Source of the DNA: Ilumatobacteraceae bacterium | GTDB taxonomy: Bacteria; Actinomycetota; Acidimicrobiia; Acidimicrobiales; Ilumatobacteraceae | NCBI GenBank assembly: GCA_021298195.1 | Contig: JAJTEQ010000001.1 | Coordinates: forward strand, 102,110 to 166,109 | DNA length: 64,000 bases | Direction: 5' to 3' | In this document: one piece after another, positions 37,517-44,886 of the stretch | Position numbering within the stretch: the stretch's first letter is position 1 | How the letters are laid out: each line of letters starts with the position of its first letter | Made by a program: the position numbers and the translations under genes | Notes under the pieces: model-generated | The model's database searches: none | What the model saw: only the letters and a program-made list of their open reading frames with translations | What the model was told of the DNA's origin: nothing

Positions 37517-37714
37517 TCAGTAGTTCGGGCACAAGGGCGGGTCGTCGTCGCTGTGCTTGGCGAAGGCGTATCCGCAATCGTCGCAGATGTCGTCGGCGGC
37601 CGGAATGCCCGCGCGACGGCGCCGGCGTTCCTCGCGGATCTCCTCCAATTCGGCCCGACGCTCGGCCTTCTTCTTGCCGTGTCGATAGGCCAGGTACGCA
37701 CCGAACAGTCCCAT
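37517..37714 (-). CDS. small hypothetical protein (65 aa)
   Basis: Near-perfect SD AAGGAG 5 nt before ATG 37714. Sequence: MGLFGAYLAYRHGKKKAERRAELEEIREERRRRRAGIPAADDICDDCGYAFAKHSDDDPPLCPNY. The rest of ORF 37517..38302 is antisense to the ACAD gene. Confidence 0.5.
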   Translation of the reverse strand: MGLFGAYLAYRHGKKKAERRAELEEIREERRRRRAGIPAADDICDDCGYAFAKHSDDDPPLCPNY

Positions 37715-37805
37715 GATTTCTCCTTTGCTACCGAGAACGACGGAACCGGGGCGAACCGTGCGCTCGGCTTTGCCAACTCGGCCTCCCGACTGGGAGACTT
37801 CGGTC

Positions 37806-39020
37806 ATGAGCACCGCCACCATCACCGATTCCGCCCGCGCCACCGTGGAGGCCGCCCTCGATGCCTTCTTGGCCACCAACGATCCGACCAAGATGGACAA
37901 CATCGCGTTCCGCGGCGCGCGCTTCGACGCCGGACTGGCCTGGGTGCACTTTCCCGTGGGCCACGGCGGTCTGGGACTGCGGCCCGAGCTGAATCGTCTC
38001 GTCGAGGAGCGTCTGCGCAAGGCCGGCGCCGAAGCGCAGGACCCATCCACGTTCTTCATGGCGTTGGCCGGCCCCACCATCGTCACCCACGGCAGCGAGG
38101 ACGTGAAGAAGCGCTTCCTGCGCCCGATGTTCACCGGCGAGGAGAAGTGGTGCCAGCTGTTCAGCGAGCCGGGCGCCGGTTCGGACTTCGCGGGTCTGGG
38201 CACCCGCGCCGTGCGCGACGGCGACGAATGGGTCGTGAACGGCCAGAAGGTGTGGAACACCTTGGCGCACCTCGGTGACTGGGGCATGCTCGTCACCCGC
38301 ACCGACCCCGATCAGCCCAAGCACAAGGGCATGACCTACTTCGCCATCGACATGCACTCGGCCGGAGTCGAGGTGCGTCCGTTGCGTCAGATCACCGGCG
38401 AAGCCGAATTCAACGAGGTCTACATGACCGACGCGCGCGTCCCGGACTCGCAGCGCATCGGAGAGATCGGCGAGGGCTGGCGCGTGGCGCTCACCACGCT
38501 CATGAACGAACGCACCGCCATCGGTGGCGGCGGCGGTGGCAACGCCAAGCGTCGCGGTCCCATCGACGAGGCCGTGCGTATCTGGAAGGAGCGTCCCGCG
38601 GACCAGCGCGACCGCGCGCACCTGGATCAGTTGATGCGCCTGTGGTGCAAGAGCGAGGTGCTGCGCCTCACGAACATGCGCGCCGCCCAGGCAGCCAAGG
38701 CCGGCAACCCCGGCCCCGAGGGCTCCATCGCCAAGTTGATGTTGGCCGAGTTCAACAAGAAGGTCACCGAATTCTCCGTCGAGTTGATGGGCGCCAACGG
38801 GATGATCGATTACGACTTCACGTTCCGTCGCCCCGACAACCTCAGCGTCGATGGTTCCGAGGGTGGTGTCCGGCACTCGTTCCTGCGTTCACGCGCCAAC
38901 TCCATCGAGGGTGGCACCAGCGAGATCATGCGCAACATTCTCGGCGAACAGGTGCTGGGTCTGCCCGGCGAGCCGCGCGTCGACAAGGACCTCCCCTGGA
39001 TCAAGGTCCCCCGTAACTGA
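37806..39020 (+). CDS. acyl-CoA dehydrogenase
   Basis: WCQLFSEPGAGSDFAGLGTRAVRDGDEWVVNGQKVWNT, and C-terminal IEGGTSEIMRNILGEQVLGLP. Confidence 0.85.
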   Translation: MSTATITDSARATVEAALDAFLATNDPTKMDNIAFRGARFDAGLAWVHFPVGHGGLGLRPELNRLVEERLRKAGAEAQDPSTFFMALAGPTIVTHGSEDVKKRFLRPMFTGEEKWCQLFSEPGAGSDFAGLGTRAVRDGDEWVVNGQKVWNTLAHLGDWGMLVTRTDPDQPKHKGMTYFAIDMHSAGVEVRPLRQITGEAEFNEVYMTDARVPDSQRIGEIGEGWRVALTTLMNERTAIGGGGGGNAKRRGPIDEAVRIWKERPADQRDRAHLDQLMRLWCKSEVLRLTNMRAAQAAKAGNPGPEGSIAKLMLAEFNKKVTEFSVELMGANGMIDYDFTFRRPDNLSVDGSEGGVRHSFLRSRANSIEGGTSEIMRNILGEQVLGLPGEPRVDKDLPWIKVPRN

Positions 39021-39092
39021 CCCCGGCGTTCTGGGTCGCGAAAGTGCCGGTTTTCGGCACCCTGGCCGACCCGGATCGGGGAGACTGACGGC

Positions 39093-39485
39093 GTGCGCAC
39101 GTCCCGCGGAGTCGAGATTCCCGACGATTGCCTGCAGTGGACGTTCGCCCGCGCCGCCGGCGCCGGTGGCCAGCACGTGAACAAGACCGCATCGAAGGCC
39201 ACGCTGACCGTTCCCACCTCCGAACTTCGGGGGTCACCCACCAAGGTGGCCCGGGTGCGAGAACGTCTGGGTGAATCGATCGTGATCACCTGCCAGGAGA
39301 GTCGCAGTCAATGGCGCAATCGCCAGACGTGCGTGGAACGACTGGTCGACATCGTCGACGAGGCGGCGACACCACCACCGGCACCGCGACGGGCCACGAA
39401 ACCCAGCCGAGGCGCTGTCGAGCGTCGCATCGCCAGCAAGAAGAAACACGGCGACAAGAAAGCAGGGCGTCGCGGCGACTGGTGA
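39093..39485 (+). CDS. arfB: alternative ribosome-rescue factor ArfB (peptidyl-tRNA hydrolase, GGQ)
   Basis: AGAGGQHVNKTASKATL GGQ motif, plus a basic C-terminal tail KKKHGDKKAGRRGDW. GTG start. 130 aa. Confidence 0.85.
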   Translation: MRTSRGVEIPDDCLQWTFARAAGAGGQHVNKTASKATLTVPTSELRGSPTKVARVRERLGESIVITCQESRSQWRNRQTCVERLVDIVDEAATPPPAPRRATKPSRGAVERRIASKKKHGDKKAGRRGDW

Positions 39486-39504
39486 GTCCGCTACCGTCGC
39501 GGGC

Positions 39505-39933
39505 ATGCCCAGTCGTTTCGCCCTGAAGTCCATGAACGCCATCCACAAGACGTTGCTCACCGTGTCGTTCGGACGCATCGGGTGGAACGCCGGCAACATG
39601 CCCGTGTTGAAGCTCACCACGGTGGGCCGTAAATCCGGCGTGAAGCGCGAGGTGATGCTCACCTCTCCCCTGCAGATCGGCGACACCTGGGTGATCGTGG
39701 CGTCCAAGGGGGGCGACGACGATCACCCGGCTTGGTACCTGAACCTTCTCGCCGAGCCGCGCGTGGAGGTCGACATTCGCGGAACGCGTTCGGTGCGCAC
39801 CGCGCGCGTGGCCTCCACCGACGAGCGCGCCAGTATGTGGCCGCGTATCACCGAGACCTACACCGGCTACGCGGGCTACCAGAATCGCACGTCGCGCGAG
39901 ATCCCCCTCGTCTTGCTGGAGCCGGCGATCTAA
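39505..39933 (+). CDS. nitroreductase-family deazaflavin (F420H2)-dependent oxidoreductase (Ddn-like)
   Basis: TTVGRKSGVKREVMLTSPL, ASKGGDDDHPAWYLNLLAEPRVEV, ERASMWPRI, YQNRTSREIPLVLL. Confidence 0.8.
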   Translation: MPSRFALKSMNAIHKTLLTVSFGRIGWNAGNMPVLKLTTVGRKSGVKREVMLTSPLQIGDTWVIVASKGGDDDHPAWYLNLLAEPRVEVDIRGTRSVRTARVASTDERASMWPRITETYTGYAGYQNRTSREIPLVLLEPAI

Positions 39934-40685
39934 CGACCGATCCACTTGGGTTCGCGCTTCTCGAAGAACGCGCGCAAACCCTCGTGCAGATCCTCACTGG
40001 CGCCGATGGCCTCCTTGGCCCGCGCCGTGGCAAGCCAACCGGCCTCATCGTCGGCGTTCAACGCGTCGTTGATCTCGCGCACGCACGCCTGGACCGCCAC
40101 CGGGCCGTTCAGACACACCTTGCGCGCCAGTTCGACCGCCGCGTCCAACGCGCCACCCGCCTCGGTCACCACGTTCACGAACCCGACCTCGTACCCGCGT
40201 CGCGCCGACATCGGCTCACCGGTGAGGATCAGTTCGCGGGCCACGTTCACGGGCAACGACGAGGGCGCCCGGAACAGGCCGGCCGACGTGGGCACCAATC
40301 CACGACGCACCTCGGGCAGACCCAAACGCGCGTTCTCGGCGGCCACCACCATGTCGCAGGCCATCGCCAGTTCCAGCCCGCCGCCCAGAGCGAAGCCTTC
40401 GATGGCGGCGATCAAGGGTTTGCGCCGACGACGACGGATGAGTCCGTACTCGCCGCCGCGCTCGGTGTCGTAGTCGCCCCGCGAGGTGAGGTCGCTGCCC
40501 GCGGAGAACACCAACGGGGTGCCGGTGAGCACGCCCACCCACAGGTCGACGTCGTCGTCGAGTTCGTTCAGAGCCGCGTCGAGGGCGTCGGCCAGCGCGC
40601 GATCGAAGGAGTTGCGTTTGTTCTCGCGACACATGCGGATCACCATGATGTGGTCGATGCGTTCGGTGGTCACCAGCTCGGTCAT
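39930..40685 (-). CDS. enoyl-CoA hydratase/isomerase (crotonase) family protein
   Basis: VLTGTPLVFSAGSDL and AAIEGFALGGGLELAMACDMVVA. 251 aa. Confidence 0.85.
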   Translation of the reverse strand: MTELVTTERIDHIMVIRMCRENKRNSFDRALADALDAALNELDDDVDLWVGVLTGTPLVFSAGSDLTSRGDYDTERGGEYGLIRRRRRKPLIAAIEGFALGGGLELAMACDMVVAAENARLGLPEVRRGLVPTSAGLFRAPSSLPVNVARELILTGEPMSARRGYEVGFVNVVTEAGGALDAAVELARKVCLNGPVAVQACVREINDALNADDEAGWLATARAKEAIGASEDLHEGLRAFFEKREPKWIGR

Positions 40686-40722
40686 GCCCGAACCCTAGAG
40701 GACGTTCGTTAGCCTCGACCCC

Positions 40723-41448
40723 ATGCCCTCGGTCGAACGCGCGCCCATCGCCGGCGCCTTCGGAGGTGGCGGACTGTTCGGCATCGGATACGCCCTCGGC
40801 ATCCTGGACACCCTGCGCGCGCGGGGCATCGATCTGTCGACGGCCCCCATGATCGGGACGTCGGCCGGATCGTGGGCAGCGGCGGCCACCGCACTCGGCG
40901 TGGACTACCAAGCCCTGGCCGCACTCGAGGTTCCGCGCTTCCCCAACCCGCGCGCCGGCGTGTTGGCGCGATCCGCCCGCCGCGTCTTCGGGGCCGACAA
41001 CGTACCCAACATCACCGCGGTGGCGTGCTCGTTGCCGCGTTTCAAGCGGGTGGAACTGTTCGGCGCGTCCACTCCCGTTCATCAGATGGTGGCCGCGTCG
41101 TCGGCGGTGCCCGGCTTGTTGGCACCACAACGCATCAAGGGCACCTTGTACGTGGACGGCGGCGTGCGTTCGGGTGTCAGCGTCGATCTGGCGGCGCACG
41201 CCGACGTGCTCGTCGTGATCGCTCCTTTGGCCGGGGCCATGTTCGGCCCGTTCAACGACATCGTGGAACGCAACACGCACGAGGAGATCGCCGAGTGGGA
41301 AGCCACCACGGGCGGACGCACCATCTTGTTCGCGCCGTCGATCGTCACCTCACGCGCGGCGACGTTGCCCCATCACCTGTTCGACAAGGACCGTGCCATG
41401 GCCGCGTACGAGTTGGCCCGCACCGAGGCCCTCAACACGCCACTCTGA
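40723..41448 (+). CDS. patatin-like phospholipase
   Basis: Oxyanion FGGGGLFGIGYALG, nucleophile elbow GTSAGS and the catalytic Asp region YVDGGV. Confidence 0.8.
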   Translation: MPSVERAPIAGAFGGGGLFGIGYALGILDTLRARGIDLSTAPMIGTSAGSWAAAATALGVDYQALAALEVPRFPNPRAGVLARSARRVFGADNVPNITAVACSLPRFKRVELFGASTPVHQMVAASSAVPGLLAPQRIKGTLYVDGGVRSGVSVDLAAHADVLVVIAPLAGAMFGPFNDIVERNTHEEIAEWEATTGGRTILFAPSIVTSRAATLPHHLFDKDRAMAAYELARTEALNTPL

Positions 41449-41455
41449 AAAGCAC

Positions 41456-41508
41456 GCGATCCCGGTCGCGAGAGTACCGTTTGTGGGCACTCCCGCGACC
41501 GGGATCGC
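41456..41508. terminator. long hairpin between convergent genes (candidate bidirectional terminator)
   Basis: Perfect 15-bp arms gcgatcccggtcgcg / cgcgaccgggatcgc. A further 4 bp (gagt/actc) pairs after one mismatch. 13-nt loop, no U-tract. Confidence 0.55.
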
Positions 41509-41529
41509 GATGAGGTTGCGTGTGACGCG

Positions 41530-44367
41530 TCAGCTGCAGCCGGAGGTGCTGCCGCACGACGGGCAGGCGTGGCAGGAACCGGCGCGGTTCATCTGCACAC
41601 CACACTGCATGCACATCGGCGCATCGCTGTGCTTCTGACCCGGGCGCTTCATCTCGGCCGAGATGTCGCTCACCGGAGCCGTGGGCGCGATGCCCAGTTC
41701 CATCTGGGTGACCAACTCTTCCACCGACGGGATGCTCTTGGGATCGGCGGCCACTTCGGTGCCCTGCACCGACTGGATGCCCGACTCCTCGACGCCGGGC
41801 AGTGTGGGCTGCAGACGCTCGTCGATGGAGAAGATGCCCAGTTCCTCGCGCTCTTCGTAGGTCATGTACTCGAGGGCGAGACGACGGAACAGGTAATCCA
41901 TGATGGACGCCGCGAAACGGATGTCCGGATCGTCGGTCATGCCGGCGGGCTCGAAGCGCATGTTCACGAAGGCCTCGACGAAGGCCCGCATGGGCACGCC
42001 GTACTGCAGGCCGTAGCTGATGCTCTTGGCGAACGCGTCCATGATGCCCGAGAGGGTGGAACCCTGCTTCGACACGGTGAGGAACACCTCACCGGGACGA
42101 CCGTCCTCGTACTCGCCGATGGTGGCGAAGCCCTTGCAATCGGCCACGCGGAACTCGAACGTGCGACCACGGCGACTGCGGGGCAACTTCTGACGCACCG
42201 GCTTGGTGACGACCTTCTCGACGATCTTTTCGACCACGGCCGACGCGGTGGCCGCCGGGGCGTCCGCCTTGTCGTCGTCCTTCTTGGCCGTCGAGAGTGG
42301 CTGACCCACCTTGCAGTTGTCGCGGTAGATGGCCACGGCCTTCAAGCCGAGTTCCCACGACAGCATGTGCAGGGCCTCGATGTCCTCGATGCTGGCCTCC
42401 TCGGGCATGTTCACCGTCTTGGAGATGGCGCCCGAGATGAACGGCTGCACCGCACCCATCATGCGCACGTGACCCTCGTAGTGGATGGTGTTGTCACCCA
42501 TGGAGCAGGCGAAGATCGCCACGTGCTCGGCCTTCAGGTGCGGGGCACCCAGGATGGACTTCTCGGTGTCGATGTAGGCGATGATGTCGTCCACCTGCTG
42601 GGGGTTGTAACCCACCTTGCGCAAGGCGCGCGGGATGGTCTCGTTGACGATCACCATGTTGCCGCCACCGACGAGTTTCTTCATCTTGACCAGACCGAGG
42701 TCGGGCTCGATGCCGGTGGTGTCGCAGTCCATCATGAGGCCGATGGTGCCGGTCGGCGCGAGCACGGTGGCCTGCGCGTTGCGCACGCCGTACTCCTCAC
42801 CGTCGCGCACGGCCGACTCCCACGATTCCTGACCGGCGCGCAACAGAGCCGCCGGCACGATGGTCTCGTCGGCGATCTCGTAGCTGGCGTCACGGTGCAT
42901 GCGCAGCACGTTGAGCATGTGGCGCTCGTTCTCGGCGAAGCCGGCGAAGGGTCCCATGCGGCTGGCGGTACGGGCGCTGGTGGCGTAGGCGTGGCCGGTC
43001 ATGAGGCTGGTGAGCGCGGCGGCCCACGCGCGACCCTCGAGCGAGTCGTAGGGCAGACCGAGCGCCATCAACAACGCACCCAGGTTCGCGTAGCCCAGGC
43101 CGAGCTGGCGGAACTTGCGGCTGTTCTCACCGATCTTCTCGGTCGGGTAGTCCGCGCGACCCACCAGGATCTCCTGGGCGGTGAACATGGTCTCGATGGT
43201 GTGCTTGTACGCGTCGAGGTCGAAGTTGCCTTCCTCGTCGAGGTACTTGAGCAGGTTGATGGAGGCCAGGTTGCACGCCGAGTTGTCGATGTGCATGTAC
43301 TCCGAGCACGGGTTCGAGCCGTTGATGCGACCCGTCGCGTGCGCGGTGTGCCACTTGTTGATGGTGGTGTCGAACTGCAGACCGGGGTCGGCACATTCCC
43401 ACGAAGCGGTGGCGATCTGACGCCACAAGTCACGGGCGCGCACGGTGCGCACGGGCTCGCCGGTGGTGACGGCGCGGAACGACCAGTCGGTGTCGTCCTT
43501 GACGGCTTGCATGAAGTCGTCGGTGACGCGCACCGAGTTGTTGGCGTTCTGGTACTGGATGCTGAAGGCGTCGGCGCCGTCGAGGTCCATGTCGAAGCCG
43601 TTGTCGCGCAACACGCGCGCCTTGCGCTCTTCCTTGGCCTTGCACCAGATGAACTCTTCGATGTCGGGGTGATCGACGTTGAGGATGACCATCTTGGCGG
43701 CACGACGGGTCTTGCCGCCCGACTTGATGGTGCCGGCCGAGGCGTCGGCGCCACGCATGAACGACACCGGACCCGATGCCGTTCCGCCGCCCTGCAACAG
43801 TTCGGCGCTGGAGCGGATCTTGGACAAGTTGATGCCCGAACCCGAACCACCCTTGAAGATCACGCCTTCCTCGCGGTACCAATTCAAGATGGCGTCCATC
43901 TTGTCCTCGACGGCGAGGATGAAGCAGGCGCTGGCCTGCTGGGGCACGCCCTTGACGCCGATGTTGAACCACACCGGGCTGTTGAACGCCGCGCGCTGGG
44001 TGACGAGGATGAACTTCAGCTCGTCACGGAAGTTGTCGGCCTCGGCGTCGTCCACGAAGTAGCCACCCTCGCGACCCCACGTGGTGATGGTGTCGGCCAC
44101 GCGGTCGATCACCTGGCGCAAGGAGGACTCGCGCTCGTCGGTGCCCGGGGTACCGCGGAAGTACTTCTGGGCCACGATGTTGGTGGCGTTCAGCGACCAG
44201 GTGACGGGGAACTCCACGCCCAGCTGTTCGAAGGCGACCGATCCGTCCTTCCAGTTGGAGATGCGGGCGTCACGCTTCTCCCAGACCACCTGGTCGTAGG
44301 GATGCACACCGGGGGCGGTGAAGTGACGGCGGATGCCAATGGCGAGGCGGTCCGGTGCGAGTGACAT
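41530..44367 (-). CDS. nrdJ: adenosylcobalamin-dependent ribonucleoside-diphosphate reductase (class II)
   Basis: 945 aa. Class II RNR text: NPCSEY, LLMALGLPYDS and others. C-terminal Cys-rich tail CMQCGVQMNRAGSCHACPSCGSTSGCS. AGGAGA SD 5 nt before ATG 44367. Confidence 0.9.
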   Translation of the reverse strand: MSLAPDRLAIGIRRHFTAPGVHPYDQVVWEKRDARISNWKDGSVAFEQLGVEFPVTWSLNATNIVAQKYFRGTPGTDERESSLRQVIDRVADTITTWGREGGYFVDDAEADNFRDELKFILVTQRAAFNSPVWFNIGVKGVPQQASACFILAVEDKMDAILNWYREEGVIFKGGSGSGINLSKIRSSAELLQGGGTASGPVSFMRGADASAGTIKSGGKTRRAAKMVILNVDHPDIEEFIWCKAKEERKARVLRDNGFDMDLDGADAFSIQYQNANNSVRVTDDFMQAVKDDTDWSFRAVTTGEPVRTVRARDLWRQIATASWECADPGLQFDTTINKWHTAHATGRINGSNPCSEYMHIDNSACNLASINLLKYLDEEGNFDLDAYKHTIETMFTAQEILVGRADYPTEKIGENSRKFRQLGLGYANLGALLMALGLPYDSLEGRAWAAALTSLMTGHAYATSARTASRMGPFAGFAENERHMLNVLRMHRDASYEIADETIVPAALLRAGQESWESAVRDGEEYGVRNAQATVLAPTGTIGLMMDCDTTGIEPDLGLVKMKKLVGGGNMVIVNETIPRALRKVGYNPQQVDDIIAYIDTEKSILGAPHLKAEHVAIFACSMGDNTIHYEGHVRMMGAVQPFISGAISKTVNMPEEASIEDIEALHMLSWELGLKAVAIYRDNCKVGQPLSTAKKDDDKADAPAATASAVVEKIVEKVVTKPVRQKLPRSRRGRTFEFRVADCKGFATIGEYEDGRPGEVFLTVSKQGSTLSGIMDAFAKSISYGLQYGVPMRAFVEAFVNMRFEPAGMTDDPDIRFAASIMDYLFRRLALEYMTYEEREELGIFSIDERLQPTLPGVEESGIQSVQGTEVAADPKSIPSVEELVTQMELGIAPTAPVSDISAEMKRPGQKHSDAPMCMQCGVQMNRAGSCHACPSCGSTSGCS

Positions 44368-44497
44368 GGGATTCTCCTGATTCTCTGAACGATGGATTGC
44401 GACTGGGTAACGAAAAAGTGTCGTGAAGATGGTTCCGACCCGTGCCGGTGACCCCCTCGAAGGGGTCGCCGGAGCGGGCCGGATGGTCTGCTATGAG

Positions 44498-44511
44498 CAC
44501 AACATGTGGTG
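44498..44511. promoter_or_regulatory. NrdR box (proximal)
   Basis: CACAACATGTGGTG is palindromic ACA-type and fits my recollection of the NrdR consensus acaCwAtATaTwGtgt. It lies in the nrdJ leader. Confidence 0.6.
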
Positions 44512-44538
44512 TCTACGGTCCCCCACCGCTCTTTCCAC

Positions 44539-44552
44539 CACAAGTTGTAGTG
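44539..44552. promoter_or_regulatory. NrdR box (distal, abutting the -10)
   Basis: CACAAGTTGTAGTG lies 41 bp from the first box, immediately downstream of the putative -10 element. Confidence 0.55.
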
Positions 44553-44554
44553 AG

Positions 44555-44584
44555 ATTACAGCAGTGTAGTTACGTGCTTGTCAA
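44555..44584 (-). promoter_or_regulatory. putative nrdJ promoter
   Basis: Minus strand TTGACA (44584..44579), 18 nt spacer, TGTAAT (44560..44555). This is the most AT-rich patch of the intergenic region. Confidence 0.45.
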
Positions 44585-44886
44585 CGATTGTCGCGTCACC
44601 CCTGCTAGCAGGGGTCGAAACCGGCCCTGACGAGCAGTAGAGGCGGTACGACCGCGCAGGTTCAGGATCTGTGAGGTTCCCAAGTTGCCCCGCACACACG
44701 CTCTGCGAGCCACTCGCCACACCGCCGTACCGCCTCCGACTTGGGCGTCACTGTAAAGCAGGCACTCTGTGGAGAACGAGAGGATAACCCTGTGAATTTG
44801 TGGCCTTTAGCAGGGGAAAACCCTGTTGATGGGGTGTGCAGAAGCCTGTGGGAAACCCTCGATTCGCCCTCGCGGCCACCCTGTGG

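Noticed and set aside
41569-44364. 931-aa plus-strand ORF
   Set aside because: A mirror image of nrdJ. The minus-strand product has unmistakable class II RNR features, and this long open antisense frame is a GC artefact.
44640-44736. Possible tRNA or tRNA-Sec (11-bp closing stem, about 97 nt, GCAGG-TTCAGGA-TCTGT T-arm-like segment)
   Set aside because: The T-arm-like element sits next to the 5' arm rather than the 3' arm. I could not build a D-arm or an anticodon arm with UCA, and the stem is too long for an acceptor stem. Kept only as an unexplained inverted repeat.
44368-44886. Cobalamin riboswitch upstream of nrdJ
   Set aside because: I could not find a B12-box-like core (GCCACUG-type) on the minus strand. 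B12 riboswitches normally control B12-independent RNRs, not NrdJ. NrdR boxes explain the regulation better.
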